In this document: piece by piece, positions 42,306 through 55,270 of the stretch
Numbering within the stretch: position 1 is the stretch's first letter
Layout: every line of letters starts with the position of its first letter
Assembly: GCF_009914755.1 (NCBI RefSeq)
Contig: NC_060925.1
Reading direction: 5' to 3' (one strand)
DNA from: the human T2T-CHM13v2.0 reference genome, Homo sapiens
Length of the DNA stretch: 64,000 nucleotides
Translations under genes and position numbers: made by a program
Notes under the pieces: generated by a model
Told to the model about the DNA's origin: nothing
Seen by the model: only the letters and a program-made list of their open reading frames with translations
Database searches by the model: none

Positions 42306-42669
42306 TGTATTAGTCGGTTCTCACATTGCTATAGGGACATACCCAAGACTGGGTAATTTATAAAGAAAAAAAAGTTTAATGGATTCACAGTTCCATATGG
42401 CTGGGGAGGCCTCACAATCATGGCAGAAGGCAAAGGAAGAGCAAAGGCATGCCTTACATGTTGGCAGGCAAGAGAGCATGTTCAAGGGAACTGCCCTTTA
42501 TAAAACCATCAGATCTCACGAGACTTACTCACTATCATGAGAACAGCGCAGGAAAAACCAACCCCCATGAGTCAATTACCTCCTACCAGGTCCTTCCCAT
42601 GACATGTGGGGATCATGGGAGCTACAATTCAAGATGAGATTTGGGTGGGGACTCAGTCAAACCGTATCA
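42306..42669 (-). mobile_element. THE1C/B solo LTR
   Basis: tgtattagtc...aaaccgtatca; perfect 5-bp TSD GTTTA. Confidence 0.93.
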
Positions 42670-43414
42670 GTTTATTGCTGGATTCTCAATTCTCTTCCAT
42701 TAATCTATATGTTCTTATGCCAGTTCCATGCTGTCTTTATTACCATTGTAATGTAATAAGTTTTAACATCAGAAAATGTCAGTTCTCCTGCTTGTTCCTC
42801 TTTTCCAAGATTGTTTTGGCTACTCTGGGCCACTTGCAATTCCACATGTATTCTAGGATCAGCTTGTTAATTGTTACAAAGAAGTCAGCTGAGATGCTAA
42901 CAGAGATTGTAGTTAATCAACAGATCAATTTGAAAGTATCACCATCTTAACAATATTGAGTTTTCTAATACACATATATGGAATGTTTTTTCATTAATTT
43001 ATATCTCCTTTAATTTCCTTCAAAAATGTTTTGTAATTTTCAGAGTATGGGTTTTACACTTTTGTTAAATGTATTCCTAAATGTTTTACTCTTTTTGATA
43101 CTGTTGTAAACAATTTTTGATGCTGTTGTAAACATAATTGTTTTTGAAATTTTATTTTTAGATTGTTCATTGCAAGTGTGTAGAAATATAATTGATTTTT
43201 ATATATGAATCTTGTATCCTGTAATCTTGCTGAACTCATTTATTAGTTCTAGCAAATATTTAGTGGATTTCTTAGGACTTTCTATTTACAAGATAATGTC
43301 AGCTCTAACTAAAGATAACTTAACTTTTTTTTTTCCAATCTGGATTTCTTTTATTTCTTTTTCTTGCCTAATTGTCTTGGCTAGAACTTCTAGTTCAATG
43401 TTGAATAGAAGTGG

Positions 43415-44545
43415 GTATGCCCATAGTCACCCTGGGGTTACTGTGGTTTTTGCAAGACTCTCTTTAACTATCTCTTTCTCTGACTATACCCAGTTCTTAA
43501 GCTCCACTAATTGCCAGTTGATTGCTCTGTCATTTTCAACAATACGCTGGAGCAGAAATTGCTTCACAGGCAAATTCCAGTCAAATTTAGGCTTCTTTCA
43601 AGGTATAGTTCCAAATCAGCATCTGAGATTTGTTCGGCCCCCAGGGGGGTGTCTTCCCACCTGTCTCTTCCCCTAATTCTCTCTGGCAAAATAGCTGGAC
43701 CCCAGTTTAACCTATGTCTCCAATTAACCTATCATTCTCTTCTCAGTTGCCTTTCACCACAACTTCTCCTGATTTTGACAGTTCCCTTAGATTTGAACTT
43801 CCCCACACTCTGTTGCAAATTAAGTCAGTTCTTTGGAGATTTACTTGGTGCTTTCTATTCTTTGCCTAGCTTCCACCTCTGAGAAAAATCTCTCAGCCTC
43901 AGCTCTGGTGCTGAGGTTGGGGACAATGGCATTCATCTCTCTCAGTGACATTCCCTCTTTAGGATCTGGGTGTTTAGTAGACAAAACAATAGCAACACCA
44001 GGTGTCTTGGGCTCATCTCTCTCAGTCTGGGACCCTCACTTCATGACCCTGAGACAAGTGCAATCAGGGCCTCTTATTCTCAGTGACACTGCACCCAGGG
44101 TAGAGCCTTGGTCCCACAGGTTGAGGCTGGGCAGAAGACAGGAACTTCCACCTCTTGGTTGCAGTTGCCTGGAACTCAGTCTTAGCAATCAGTAGCTGGA
44201 GCAGGATGAGAAATGTTGACATTCTGCCTCTCCTTGGAAGATAGGTCTCTAACTGGGAGCTGCAGGGAGAGGAAGTTCTGTGTTTTGGATTTACCAATCT
44301 TGAGTGAAATTTTTATCTTGTGGAGCTGGGAAGGAGTGGGAAAAATATGGATCTTGGTTCAAATATTACAGAGTCTAGCAGTTCTTATCAATTTTCAGTA
44401 GATTTTCTTGAACGCATGCTTCTTCATTTACTATATGGTCATTTCTAGGCACTTAAGTTTTTTTTTTTTCCAGTAATTTTCACCTGTTTCATAGAAGGTA
44501 GGGATTGAAGAGCTCCTCACACTGTTGGGCCAGAAGTGAAAACCC
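43415..44545 (-). mobile_element. Old L1M 5'UTR segment
   Basis: gctccactaattgccag...cagtagattttcttgaa...gagctcctcacactg...ccagaagtg. Confidence 0.55.
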
Positions 44546-44699
44546 TTTGTTATTACTTTTCCACTTTTTCAGGGTTCCCACTGAAAGATGCTATCATCCA
44601 CTGAGTCACCCAGACAAGCACACTTGGTGTGGGAGTCTTTGGTTTTGCTCACTTAGCATCTCATGACTTGACCTATCCCAATATGTGGTAGGATTGATT

Positions 44700-45055
44700 T
44701 CCTGGTCCTCAAGCTGGCTGGGACTAGTTAGGTAACTAGCTCTGGCTTATTCATTTTGAGTGGAAATGACATGTTTCAATTCGGGGTCAGAGCCTTTGAT
44801 GTGGATGTGAGACATGCCACCACCATAGCCAACCTCCAGAGTTGTTTATCCCTCTGCCCTGGTGACAGTCAACTTTATAGACTGCAGTGACTTCATCAGC
44901 CTGGCACCCTGAGGGGTAGCACATGGAGCAGAGACACAGCTGACCCTTGACGGATATGCAGACTAGGAAAGAAATGACCCTGTGTTTTTTTAAGCCACCG
45001 AGGTGTGGGGATTGTTTGTTATTGCAGCAGCGTCTCACATATCCTCACTCATACA
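44700..45055 (+). mobile_element. MLT1K/L-like LTR
   Basis: tggagcagag...ttttaagccaccgagg...ttgtttgttattgcagca...ctcataca. Confidence 0.65.
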
Positions 45056-46734
45056 TCCATGGAATCTGTAAAATTACTTCTCATCCAAACAGATAGAGCC
45101 ACATCTCTCTGGGAAAAAAACAGAGCTTGCTGTTGCCAAGTGATGTTAAGCCTCATCACTTCTCTGGGTTCCTAGAGAAGCCCCTTACTAATCACCTGCT
45201 TCTAGTCTTGCTCCTTTCCGTCTGCTTTTCTCACCAACCATATTAGTAACTACCCTAAAGCCCCAGTGTCTAATGTCCATGCCACAACTGGGCTGCTATA
45301 GCCCTCTATGCATATCCTTATTAGGGCACTTAATACACTGTATTGTGGAAAAGTTAATTTATTCAAAATGTTTATGTTCTGGGCGCTGTGTTAGGGGCTG
45401 GAGTTACAGTGGTGAAAAAAAGTCAGGGTACTTGCCATCATGAAGGGATGTTCTGGAAACTGAGACCAAATGTTGGCTGCTGTATGATTGGTTTCCCCAT
45501 ACTTATCACAGTGGTTGTGACAATATTTTGGAAAACCAATTAAAGCAATCAGTTTCCCTGCCTGTTTCTGAACCAATCCAGAGGATTCAGGGCATGTTAG
45601 ATGAAAATGAACCTCCCGTTTATTACTGATGAAGCTATTGCTGGAGAATGGAGCTCACCCATGCAGGCATGTGAACCCCCCTGTGGACCCCCTGGAACTA
45701 GACAGGGAGAAACCCATCATCAGAGGTGTGCTGACCACCCCCACCCAGGTCCCCCATGGTTGGGGTGTGAAGACTGTTGCTATAAAACCTCTGGCAGTGG
45801 GAGAGCAGGGCAGACATGAGCTCCCTGGGCAGCCAGACCCAAGGCACAGTGAGAAGGATGGGCCCGGGGAGCCTGTTCTGCTTTGCCTCAAACTTGTCAC
45901 CTTTGGTAGAGGTGGTAGGGGGCTACAGAGCTGAGGTGTCAGGGGAGACCACTCCAGGGGAAATAAAAATGGAGAAATCTTATCCCCAACTCTAAATAAC
46001 AAAATAACAGTGTGACCACTCATGGAGCATTACTCAATGCTGTCACAGCTGGCTGTCACCAACTGACAGAGGAGGAAGCTGAGGCTTATACAAGTTATCT
46101 CACTGGCCTGAACCCCTGGGAAGTGGGGAGTCAGGAAGTGAACTCAAGTATGAACCAAAGCCCTTGTTCTTAACCGCCCCTGACAGTGACCACACCAGGC
46201 TCCGGACTCAGCCAGTCTCACCTGAGCTTCCTGGGACAGCTCACTCAGGGCTGGCCAGCTGTGTGACCATTAGAAAGTGCTTCTTCTCTTCGAATTCAAA
46301 ACTGCCTCTGGTGGATTCTACCAAGTGGTTCTTCTTTTGCCCTCTGGAGCTACAGAGAGTTAGTCTAATCTCTTTAGTAACTGCAAAATAAATTTAATAA
46401 AAACTCTATTAATTTGTGTAATCTTGTACACAGGATGCAACATTTCTGTGCTTCAGAAATTTTGTTCATAACTACTAGCACCATGGAAATTTCAGGGATT
46501 AGAGACTCGGCTGGAAATAAGACAGATTATGTCACCAAGAGTTCAAATGAACCAAAGCCCCTGCACAACAAGACAGGCTTGGATTTACATAAAATTTAGG
46601 AGGCAAGTCCAGGCCCTTTAATTCCATACGGACTTACAGTGACTTTCTAGGGTTTGCTTAGGTAACTCAAAAGCAGGAAGATTTGAGGTATTTGTTGTTT
46701 GTTTATTTTTGTTTTTGTTTTTTTAAAAAGCCAT

Positions 46735-49335
46735 TACTAACATTATACTCAATGGTGAAAAACTGAAAGTTTTTTTTAGTCTAAGATCAGGAAAAACAGA
46801 AAAGAAAAGGATGCCTACTTTCACCACCTCTATTCAACATAATACTGAAAGTCTTAGTCAAAACAATCAGGCAAGAAAAAGAAATAAAAGTCACCCAAAT
46901 TGGAAAATAAGAAATAAAATTATTTCTGTTCACAGATGTCATGATCATATATGTAGAAAATTCTAAAGATCACACACACACACGCACTCACACACACACA
47001 CACACATGCAGAAGCTGTTAAAGCTAATAAACAAATTCAGCAAAGTTGTAGGATACAAAATCAACACAAAAAATCACTTGCATTTTCTATACACTAACAG
47101 TGTAACAGTGAGTGATCCAAAAAGAAAATTAAAAAGACAATACATTTACTATAGCAAATGATTCATTTACAATAAAAAATTAAAGTACTTAGGAATTAGC
47201 TTAACCAAGAAGGTTAAAGACTTGTACATTGAAAACTAAAAAACACTGCTGAAAGAAATTAAAGAAGGCACACATAAATGGAAAGATACCCCATGTTCAT
47301 AGATAGGAATGCTTAACATTGTTTAGATGTCAATGCTGCTCAACTTGATCTACAGATTTAATGCAATCCCCAACCAAATCCTAATGATTAAGTGATTTTT
47401 TTTTTTTTGTCGAAATAGAAAAACTCATCCTGAAATTTGTGTGGAATCTCAAGGAACTCCAAATAGCCAAAAACAATCTTGAAAAAGAAGAATGAAGCTG
47501 GAAGTCTCACACTTTCTGATTTCAAAAACTTATTACAAAGTTACAGTAATAAAAACAGTGTGGTTTTGGCAAAAAGACAGACATAGAGGCCAATGATGTA
47601 CAACAGAGGGCCTAGAAATAAGCCCTCACATATATGGTTAAATGATTTCAACAATAGTGCCAAGACCATTCAATGAGGAAAGGACAACCTTTTCAACAAA
47701 TGGCATTGGGAAAACTGGATATCCACATGCAAAATAATTAAGTAGGACTCTTACCTTATACTGTATATAAAAATTAATTTAACATGGACCAAAGACTGAA
47801 ATGTAAGAGCTAAAACTGTAAAACCCTTAGAAAAAAATACAGGGAAAAATCTTTATGACATTGGATTTGGCAATGACTTCTTGGAAAGGACACCAACAAC
47901 ATAGATGAAAAATGGAAAAAAATAATACATTTAGCCTCATTTTTCCATTAAAATCTTTTGTGTATCAAAGGACACAATCAACAAAGTAAAAAGGCAATCC
48001 ACAGAATGGAAGGAAATATTTGCAAATTAATTTCTGATATGGGAATAATATCCAGATTACATAAAGAACACCTACAATTCAACAATAGCAACAACATTAA
48101 AAATGAGCAAAGGACTTAAATATACTTTTCCCCAAATAAGATATATGAGTGGTTAATAAGCACATGAAAAAAGGCTCAACATCACTATCACTAAAAATTG
48201 GGGAAATGAAAATCAAAACCACAATGAGATACCACTTTACATTCATTGTGATGGCTATGATATTTAAAAACAAAAAGAAAGAAAAGAAAACAACATGTGT
48301 TGGTGAGGATGTGGAGAAATAGGAACCCTTGGGCATTGCTGGTGGGAATGTTAAATGGGATAGCCACTATGGAAAACAGCATGATGATTGCTAAGAAAAC
48401 ATTAAGCATAGAATTTGATCCAGGAATTCCACTTCTGGGTATATACCCAAAAGAACTGAAAGCAGTTGAACAGATATTTGCACAACAAGGTTCATGGAAG
48501 CATTATTCACAATAGCCAGAGATGGAAACAACCCAATTGTTCATAGACGGATGGATGGATAAACAAAATGTGGTACCTACATACGATGGGATATTATTCA
48601 GTCTTTGAAAGTAATGAAATTCTGACACTTGCTACAATGTGGATGAGCCTTGAAGACATATGTTAAGTGAAATATGTCAGACACAAAAGGGCAAGCATTG
48701 TATAATTCTACTTGCATGAAATATCTGAAAAAGTCAAACTCATTGAGACAGCAAGTAGCATGGTGGTTACCACAGGCTGGAGGGAGGGAAGAATGGAGAG
48801 TTATTGTTTAATGGATACAAAGTTTCAGTGTGGGATTGTTCTTGGACTGCCTGGTAGTGTCTCCCCAAAATTCATATGCTGAAATCTTTACCCCCAGTGG
48901 ACTGGCATTAAGAGGTGGGACCTTTGGGAGGTGATTAGGTTTAGATGAGGTCTTGAGAGTGGAGCCCCCATGATAAAATTAGAGTCTTTTAAAGAAGAGA
49001 AAGAGGTTAGCGTTCTCTCTCTGCCATGTGAAGACACAACACAAAGACAGCTGTCTATGAACAAGGAAGACAGTCCTCACCAGACACCATATCTGCAGGT
49101 TCCTTGATCTTGGACTTCTCAGCTTCAGAACTCTGATAAATAAATGTTTGTTTTTAGGCTATCCATTCTGTACTATTGTGTTACAGTAGCCTGAACTAAG
49201 ATAGAGATGATGAAAAAGTTTTGAGATGGAGAAGTGGTGATGGTTACACAGCAATGCTTAATGCCACTGAACTGTGCACTTTAAAATGGTAAAAATGGTA
49301 AATTTTATGTTATGTGTATTTTACCACAATTAAAC
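46735..49335 (+). mobile_element. L1MA9/L1MB1-like ORF2 3' half and 3'UTR
   Basis: catatactcaatggtgaaaaactg-like start...aggatacaaaatcaacac...gtatttaccacaattaaa-like end; (CA)n at ~46971-47006. Confidence 0.88.
48837..49203 (+). mobile_element. MLT1A/A0 solo LTR
   Basis: ccccaaaattcatatgctgaaat...gcctgaactaagata; TSD gggat/gagat. Confidence 0.88.
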
Positions 49336-51329
49336 ATGTAAAATACATACATAAATTTACATTTAAGAAACAATATACAGAAAAAAATGTATTAAGTGTC
49401 TGTGTTGGAAGGATTCTTAGGAATCATCTAAGCTTATCCCACTTTCCAGATTGAACATTTATGCACTACTATCACCCCCTCACCTCTACTCTCTACCTCC
49501 GGGGAAGCAGAGAGGACATGCTTGCTCAAGGACCTGCAGCCAATCCACAGGACTGGAATACAGCCTTTCTGACACTTCTGCCAGTGACCTTCCCACCACA
49601 CAGACTCATCAGGGAAGCAGGGAACACCATATTAGCAATAGCAGACCTTTCTTCTCATATGCCTGTGTGGTCCACAAGAAACAGTGGGATGTGGGTGATG
49701 AAGCAGGGCCTGAATCTCCCAACCTCTCTTTCACTCCCCAGCTCACATGTGGCAGCACACACATCACTATTTCCCATCACATGCCCATGACAGACATGAT
49801 TAATTGAGTACAATACCTGCCCCATTAAGTCTGACCTGACCTCACAATCTTAACTCAGTACCGGAGTTGACACATGGATGAAACATGTCTACTTTCCTGG
49901 GTCTTCATAAACTGCATCCATCACCAGGAGAAGAAGGATGTAGAATGAATTTTCTCATTTCTTTCCAAAATTGTTATCAGATATCTGTTATAAACTTTAC
50001 CCACATTACCTCAGTAATCCCCTCAATGAAGGCAAGTGATCCTGCTTTACACATGGGAAAACTGAGACTCAGAGAGACAAATATACTGCCAGCCTGTTAG
50101 TCATTCACAGAGCTGAAGGTGAAACCCAGGACTGTCTGACTTTAGCACCAACATTTGGAGGAGCTGGAGAGTCTCTAATGCTGGTCTAGGAAGTAGGTTC
50201 TCTTTCACAAGCTAATGTTGCTTTGTTGGTTGTGTCTTGTTGATTGATGTGTTGCCTTGACAAGGAGTTTGGGGCTGAATTCAGGATCAGAAAGAAGAGT
50301 GCTGTGATTGATTGGTGATGTCTGCCACAGGAGTGCAGAGCAGGACAGAAGTGTCACATGCATGCTGTTCGAGCTGAAGTCTCACACATGCCAAAGCCCA
50401 GTGTATGAGAACGTGCTGGGTCCCACATCAGGACTTGTCCCTGGGGTGGTGCAGGGTACATGTGAGCACTGTCTGCTCTTACCTATGATGGATGGCCATG
50501 CAGGCTTGTTCAGCTCTCGAGTGCTGGTCCTCCAATTCTCTGTTCTGCTCCCAGGGGACACAGCCTTGCCCACTTTCCTGGGTTGGTGCTGGGATTGAAA
50601 GAGGTAATGGATAGAAGACGATGTCCAGGTGAAAATGTTGATGAAGACACATTCATATTTTATTCCTCTCCCTCAAAACCCACCTAAAACAACAACAACA
50701 CAAATGCAAAAGGGTATGTTTTTATTATGACTTATACTAGAAATTTCATCCACACAATCTGAAACATATCTACCAAGTACTAAAAAATCTATACCAGAAC
50801 AAACGAAGAAGCTGAGAATGGACGTGAACATCCTCAGGCCTTGAGTACCAGCCAGTTTCATTAAAATAAAGGATCTTCGACTTGAGAAGTTTGTCCAAAA
50901 ATCCTTAGCTTAAAGTGCTGAGACCCAGAAAGGCCCCCTAGGGACTGGAGGTCATCCCTGGGGAGACCCAGTTGGATGCTGCAGGTCTGCAGAGAGGTTG
51001 AGCTTAAGGAAAAGCCACACTGATGTGCCACTTCCCAGGCCCAACCCTACCTACCCAAGGAGCTTCCAGAGGCTAAGTAGGGAGAGGGAGAACAAGGGCC
51101 CAGCCAGCCCTGGGAATAGTCCCTAGAGGTTGTGACTTAAACAGCTTGGCTGAGGCCATGCTGACCTCTGGGATGTCAAACACAGAGCTCTGCTCCCACT
51201 GCAAAGAAAATAACTGCTGTGGTCAGAGTGTCTAAGACAACAAACTCAAATGGAAGCTGCTAACCACCTGAGCCCATCTTTCCCATCCCTTCCCATACTA
51301 TCATCCCACACAGAGCTGGCCCCATCCAG

Positions 51330-52880
51330 AAATGGGTTAAAAAGAAACGGATTCAGGAACTATGAATAGATGCTGTGAAAAAAAAAAGAGAGAAAAAACA
51401 TAAAGACAGATGAAGAAAATAAACTATAAGAGGAACTGCCCAAAGAATCAGGGGAAGACATGAGAAAAATTGTTTTCCATAGTATTAAGAAATAACAGAC
51501 AATGTGATATCTCTTAAAAAAAATAAAATGGATTGAAATAAGAGCTATAAAATAACAGCACAACGTTAAACCAAACTGTCTGTGCATAGGTATGAAATGG
51601 AATAGAGAAAAAGAAACAGGAGAGATGAAAGCTACATTCAAAACACCAAAAAGGAATAGGCATAATTAAAATACTGTAAGGAATATTGTGAACAAGTTAG
51701 AAGTAACTAGAAAAGAACTTTGTTTCTTTTCCAAATTAGGAAGACGGTGATAGAGTTGCAAGACAAAGACTTTCAAACATATGGGTATCCAGTGATGCAA
51801 ATGGCACAACATAATCTAAGAAATAATGCAAGAAAAAAATCCTAAAATTCAAACAAATGAACAAAAATTCCTGAATCTGTAGATTAAAAGTGTACAACAT
51901 CTTTTACAGAGAAAAGCTGATAAAAATATGTCAAGCAGATTGGCATGATACAACTGAGATTCAAAACTAGTCTCATTGGTCAAGCCACAATGATGGGGGG
52001 AAATTAGTTTGGTGCAAACTTATCCACAGCAACTCCAAAAGGTGGTAGAACAACATCTACCAACATCTGAAGGCAAGAAAATAGAACCCTATAATTTAAT
52101 ACCCAATCAAGTTGATTTTCCAGGTGTGATGGCAATAGATATTGTCTCAATTGTGCCAGGACACAAGAAATAACCTTCCTGACTCTTGAAAAATACTACT
52201 AACAAACCCATTAAAAAATATAAAGAACTCAGGTAAGACAAGGCCAGCAGAGTGTGTGGTGGGGGACAGAAGGAAGAGAAGGAGGAGGAGGAAAAAAAGA
52301 GGATTCGTGCTGAGTATTGAATCCATATAAATGTATAGAAAAGTCTAAGCTTAAAGAGCCACAACTGTGGTTTCAGAAGAGCATGAAAAAGTATGACTTT
52401 GACACAATATGACAAAATCAGAAGGTGGTAGAATGAAGGGTGAGAAGAAGTATAGGTGTGCTAATTTCCTAATCATTTTTTACCCAGGCATTATCACATT
52501 CAGTAAAAAAAAAATTAATCAGTAGTTATTTCAAAATCATGACCATAATGCCTTAATGCTTTTCAAAATGTTTTCTGCATAATTATTCAAGGATATGTTA
52601 TTGTGAAGCAGAATTCATCTGAAGCTTGTAATTCCTTCAATTTTATCACAATTTACATTTCTTCTCTGAAATTCAAAGAAACATATGATCCTATATATTT
52701 TTCTGTCAGTCCATCTCCTCTGTAACATCCTGTTTATGCTCATGGAGATATGCCTGGAATTTGCTCACCAAGAGTTTATCACAGTTGTTTCTGGGTCTTG
52801 GAGATGTTTATTTTACTTTTCTGTATTGTTCCATATTTCTTGAATATTTACAGTGTATATTTCCCACTTTTCCAGAAAAA
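51330..52880 (+). mobile_element. Highly decayed L1/HAL1-like sequence
   Basis: A-rich ORF1-like motifs (cctgaatctgtagattaaaag, tggtagaacaacatctac, tataatttaatacccaatcaagttg). Confidence 0.45.
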
Positions 52881-53157
52881 AAATCCTTATTTTTTAATTA
52901 AAATAGGAATAGAAGTGTCAACTGTTGCACACCTGTGAGGCTTATATGTTAATTATGCCTCCCTCCATTCCTGTAAGCCATTGAGGCAGCTTACCAAAAA
53001 TACACATAATGCAAAATTACAATATAAATCGCTGGAAACGGGAGGAAAGAGAGATTGTGGGTGAAATAAGCACACAGAAATGCATGCCATTTATTCCCAT
53101 TGCTGGAGCTTAGCCATGGACCTGGCCTTGGGCTTCCAAGTTGCTGAAACAAAGAAA

Positions 53158-53813
53158 TGAAACCAGCCCAACTGTCCCATAGAAGTGATGTTTATGGTTT
53201 CTTTTGAATAAACATAGAAATTTACCCTCCCTGTCTTAAAACCTGAGAAAGTTACATTTGTTTTTTTTTTTTTCTTTCTTTCTCTTTGGGACAGAGTCTC
53301 ATTCTATTACCCAGGCTGGCGTGCAGTGGCACAATCTTGGTTCACTGCAACCTGCACCTCCTGGGTTCAAGTGATTCTCGTGCCTCAGCCTCCTGAGTAG
53401 CTGGAATTACAGGCGTGTCTGCATTTGTCTTATCTGAGTTGCTTTCTCAGGAAACCAACCATCAGGGCCCCCAGATAGTATCAAGGAGCTGAAATTCACC
53501 AGATAACTGAAGCTGGACAATGAGGTGCCAGACCTCTCACCCCTTATGATTGCCTAACCCACTGCCTGCTTCCTCTTGACCAACTCCTCTTCCTTACTCC
53601 TAAGTCCTGTTTTCCACATGTAGTTGCATTTCTCCCCAGCTACATAAATCCCTAACTTTAGTTGGTTGAGGAGATGGCTTTGAGACTGATCTCCATCTCC
53701 TCAGCTGTAGCACCTGAATAAAGCCTTCTTCCCTGGCAATACTTAACTCAGTGATGGGCTTTCTGTGCAGTGAGCAATAGGACCTTAGCCAAAGCCCTGG
53801 CATTTTGGTAAGA
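53158..53813 (+). mobile_element. ERV1 solo LTR (MER87-like) containing an antisense Alu right arm (~53260-53418)
   Basis: tgaaaccagcccaactgtcccatag...ctggcattttggtaaga; Alu flanked by t(a/g)catttgt. Confidence 0.7.
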
Positions 53814-53829
53814 AAAAGAACAACGTTCT

Positions 53830-54461
53830 TTTTATAAATTATTATTTTTTAAATTGATGCATAATAGGCATACATCATTTCAGGGTACATGTGATAATAA
53901 GACATTCATATAATTTGTAAATATCAAATTGATGTACTTGGGCTATCCATTACCTTAAATATTTATCTATTCTTCATGCCAGAAACATTCAAATTATTCT
54001 TTCAGCTATTTTGACATGTATGATAAATTATTCTAAACTGTACTCACCCTATTTCTCTGACACTAAGTCTTATTTCTTCTATCAAACTATATATTTGTAC
54101 CAATTAATCAACTTCTCTTCATCCACCCCTCCCCATATTCTTCCCAGCCTCTGGTAACCACCAATCTACTATCTTCATGCGATCCACTTTTTTTAGCTCC
54201 CACGTGTGAGTGAGAACATGCAATATTTGTCTTTCTGTGCCTGGCTTAGTTTAACATAATGCCTCCAGTTCCATCCATGTTGCTGCAAATGATAGGATTT
54301 CATTCTTTATTATGGCTGAATAATACTCCATTGTGTGTGCGTGCCACACTTTCCTTATCCATTCATCCATTGATGGGCACTTAGGTTGATTTCATAGTTT
54401 GACTATTGTGAATAGTGCTGCCATAAACATGGGCATGCAGATATCTTTTCAATGTATTGAC
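53830..54461 (-). mobile_element. L1MA4/5-like 3' end
   Basis: gggtacatgtgata...cccagcctctggtaaccacc...ataaacatgggcatgcagatatc. Confidence 0.85.
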
Positions 54462-54888
54462 TTATGGGACTGTCAGTGTCCAGCACCCAGATGGGCTCTC
54501 TCTGCCCTTTGATGCCCCTTGCTGGCCTAGGGAGAGGCTGCAGTTTCTCACTGGCACATCCTCAAGGCTGATCTCAGCCCCTGCAGTCCCAGACTATTTA
54601 TTCCACCTTCTCTTACAAGCTCTGTTTTCCCCAGTGACTCAGACCCAGTTTCTACCTCAGCGCAGTTCCTTGAGCCTAGCTTTAGGGCAGACGGGCTGAC
54701 TGCTGGGCCTGCCCTTCCTCCAGTACCACTGGACATGCTCTGCTGTGTTTCCTACTGCCTCAGGCTCAGTCACCATGAGCCAGCTCTGCCCCTCTGAAGC
54801 TTGCAGAGCCTGTGAGGGTCTCTACCTGCTTCCGCAGGTGTGTCCAAGAGGCAGGCTTGGGCTCAGCACCTCTGGAGGGACTTGGTTT

Positions 54889-55270
54889 TGTGTCCTAACC
54901 TGGGGTGATTTGAAGGCAGAACCTGACACAAGGGCTTGGGAAGGGTTCCTAGGAAGCAAAAATGAGGGGTGTGGGGAATAAGACAGAGGAGGGTATGACT
55001 GGGCCTCAATCTCACTGGTGACTCTGAGGAACCCATGCTGAATGCACCTCAGGACAGTCCACTGAGGGACCGGAGCTGGCGGTGTTAATCCCTTGCTTGG
55101 GAGTTGGATGTCCATAGGAGCTCCAGATGGCTCCACAGGAGGGCTGAGCCAGCTCCCACAGCCCCAGAAGAAGCCTTCAGGCCAGAAGGCCGGGGACAGT
55201 AAGCCCTTGAGGTGGGCCGCTACCTGCTGGCCTGAGAACTCACCACTGCAGCTGCAGGTGACCTCAGAAG
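54889..55270 (-). mobile_element. ERVL LTR16C-like fragment
   Basis: gaaggcagaacctgacacaagggcttgg...tcctaggaagca...tgcacctcaggacagtcc. Confidence 0.5.
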
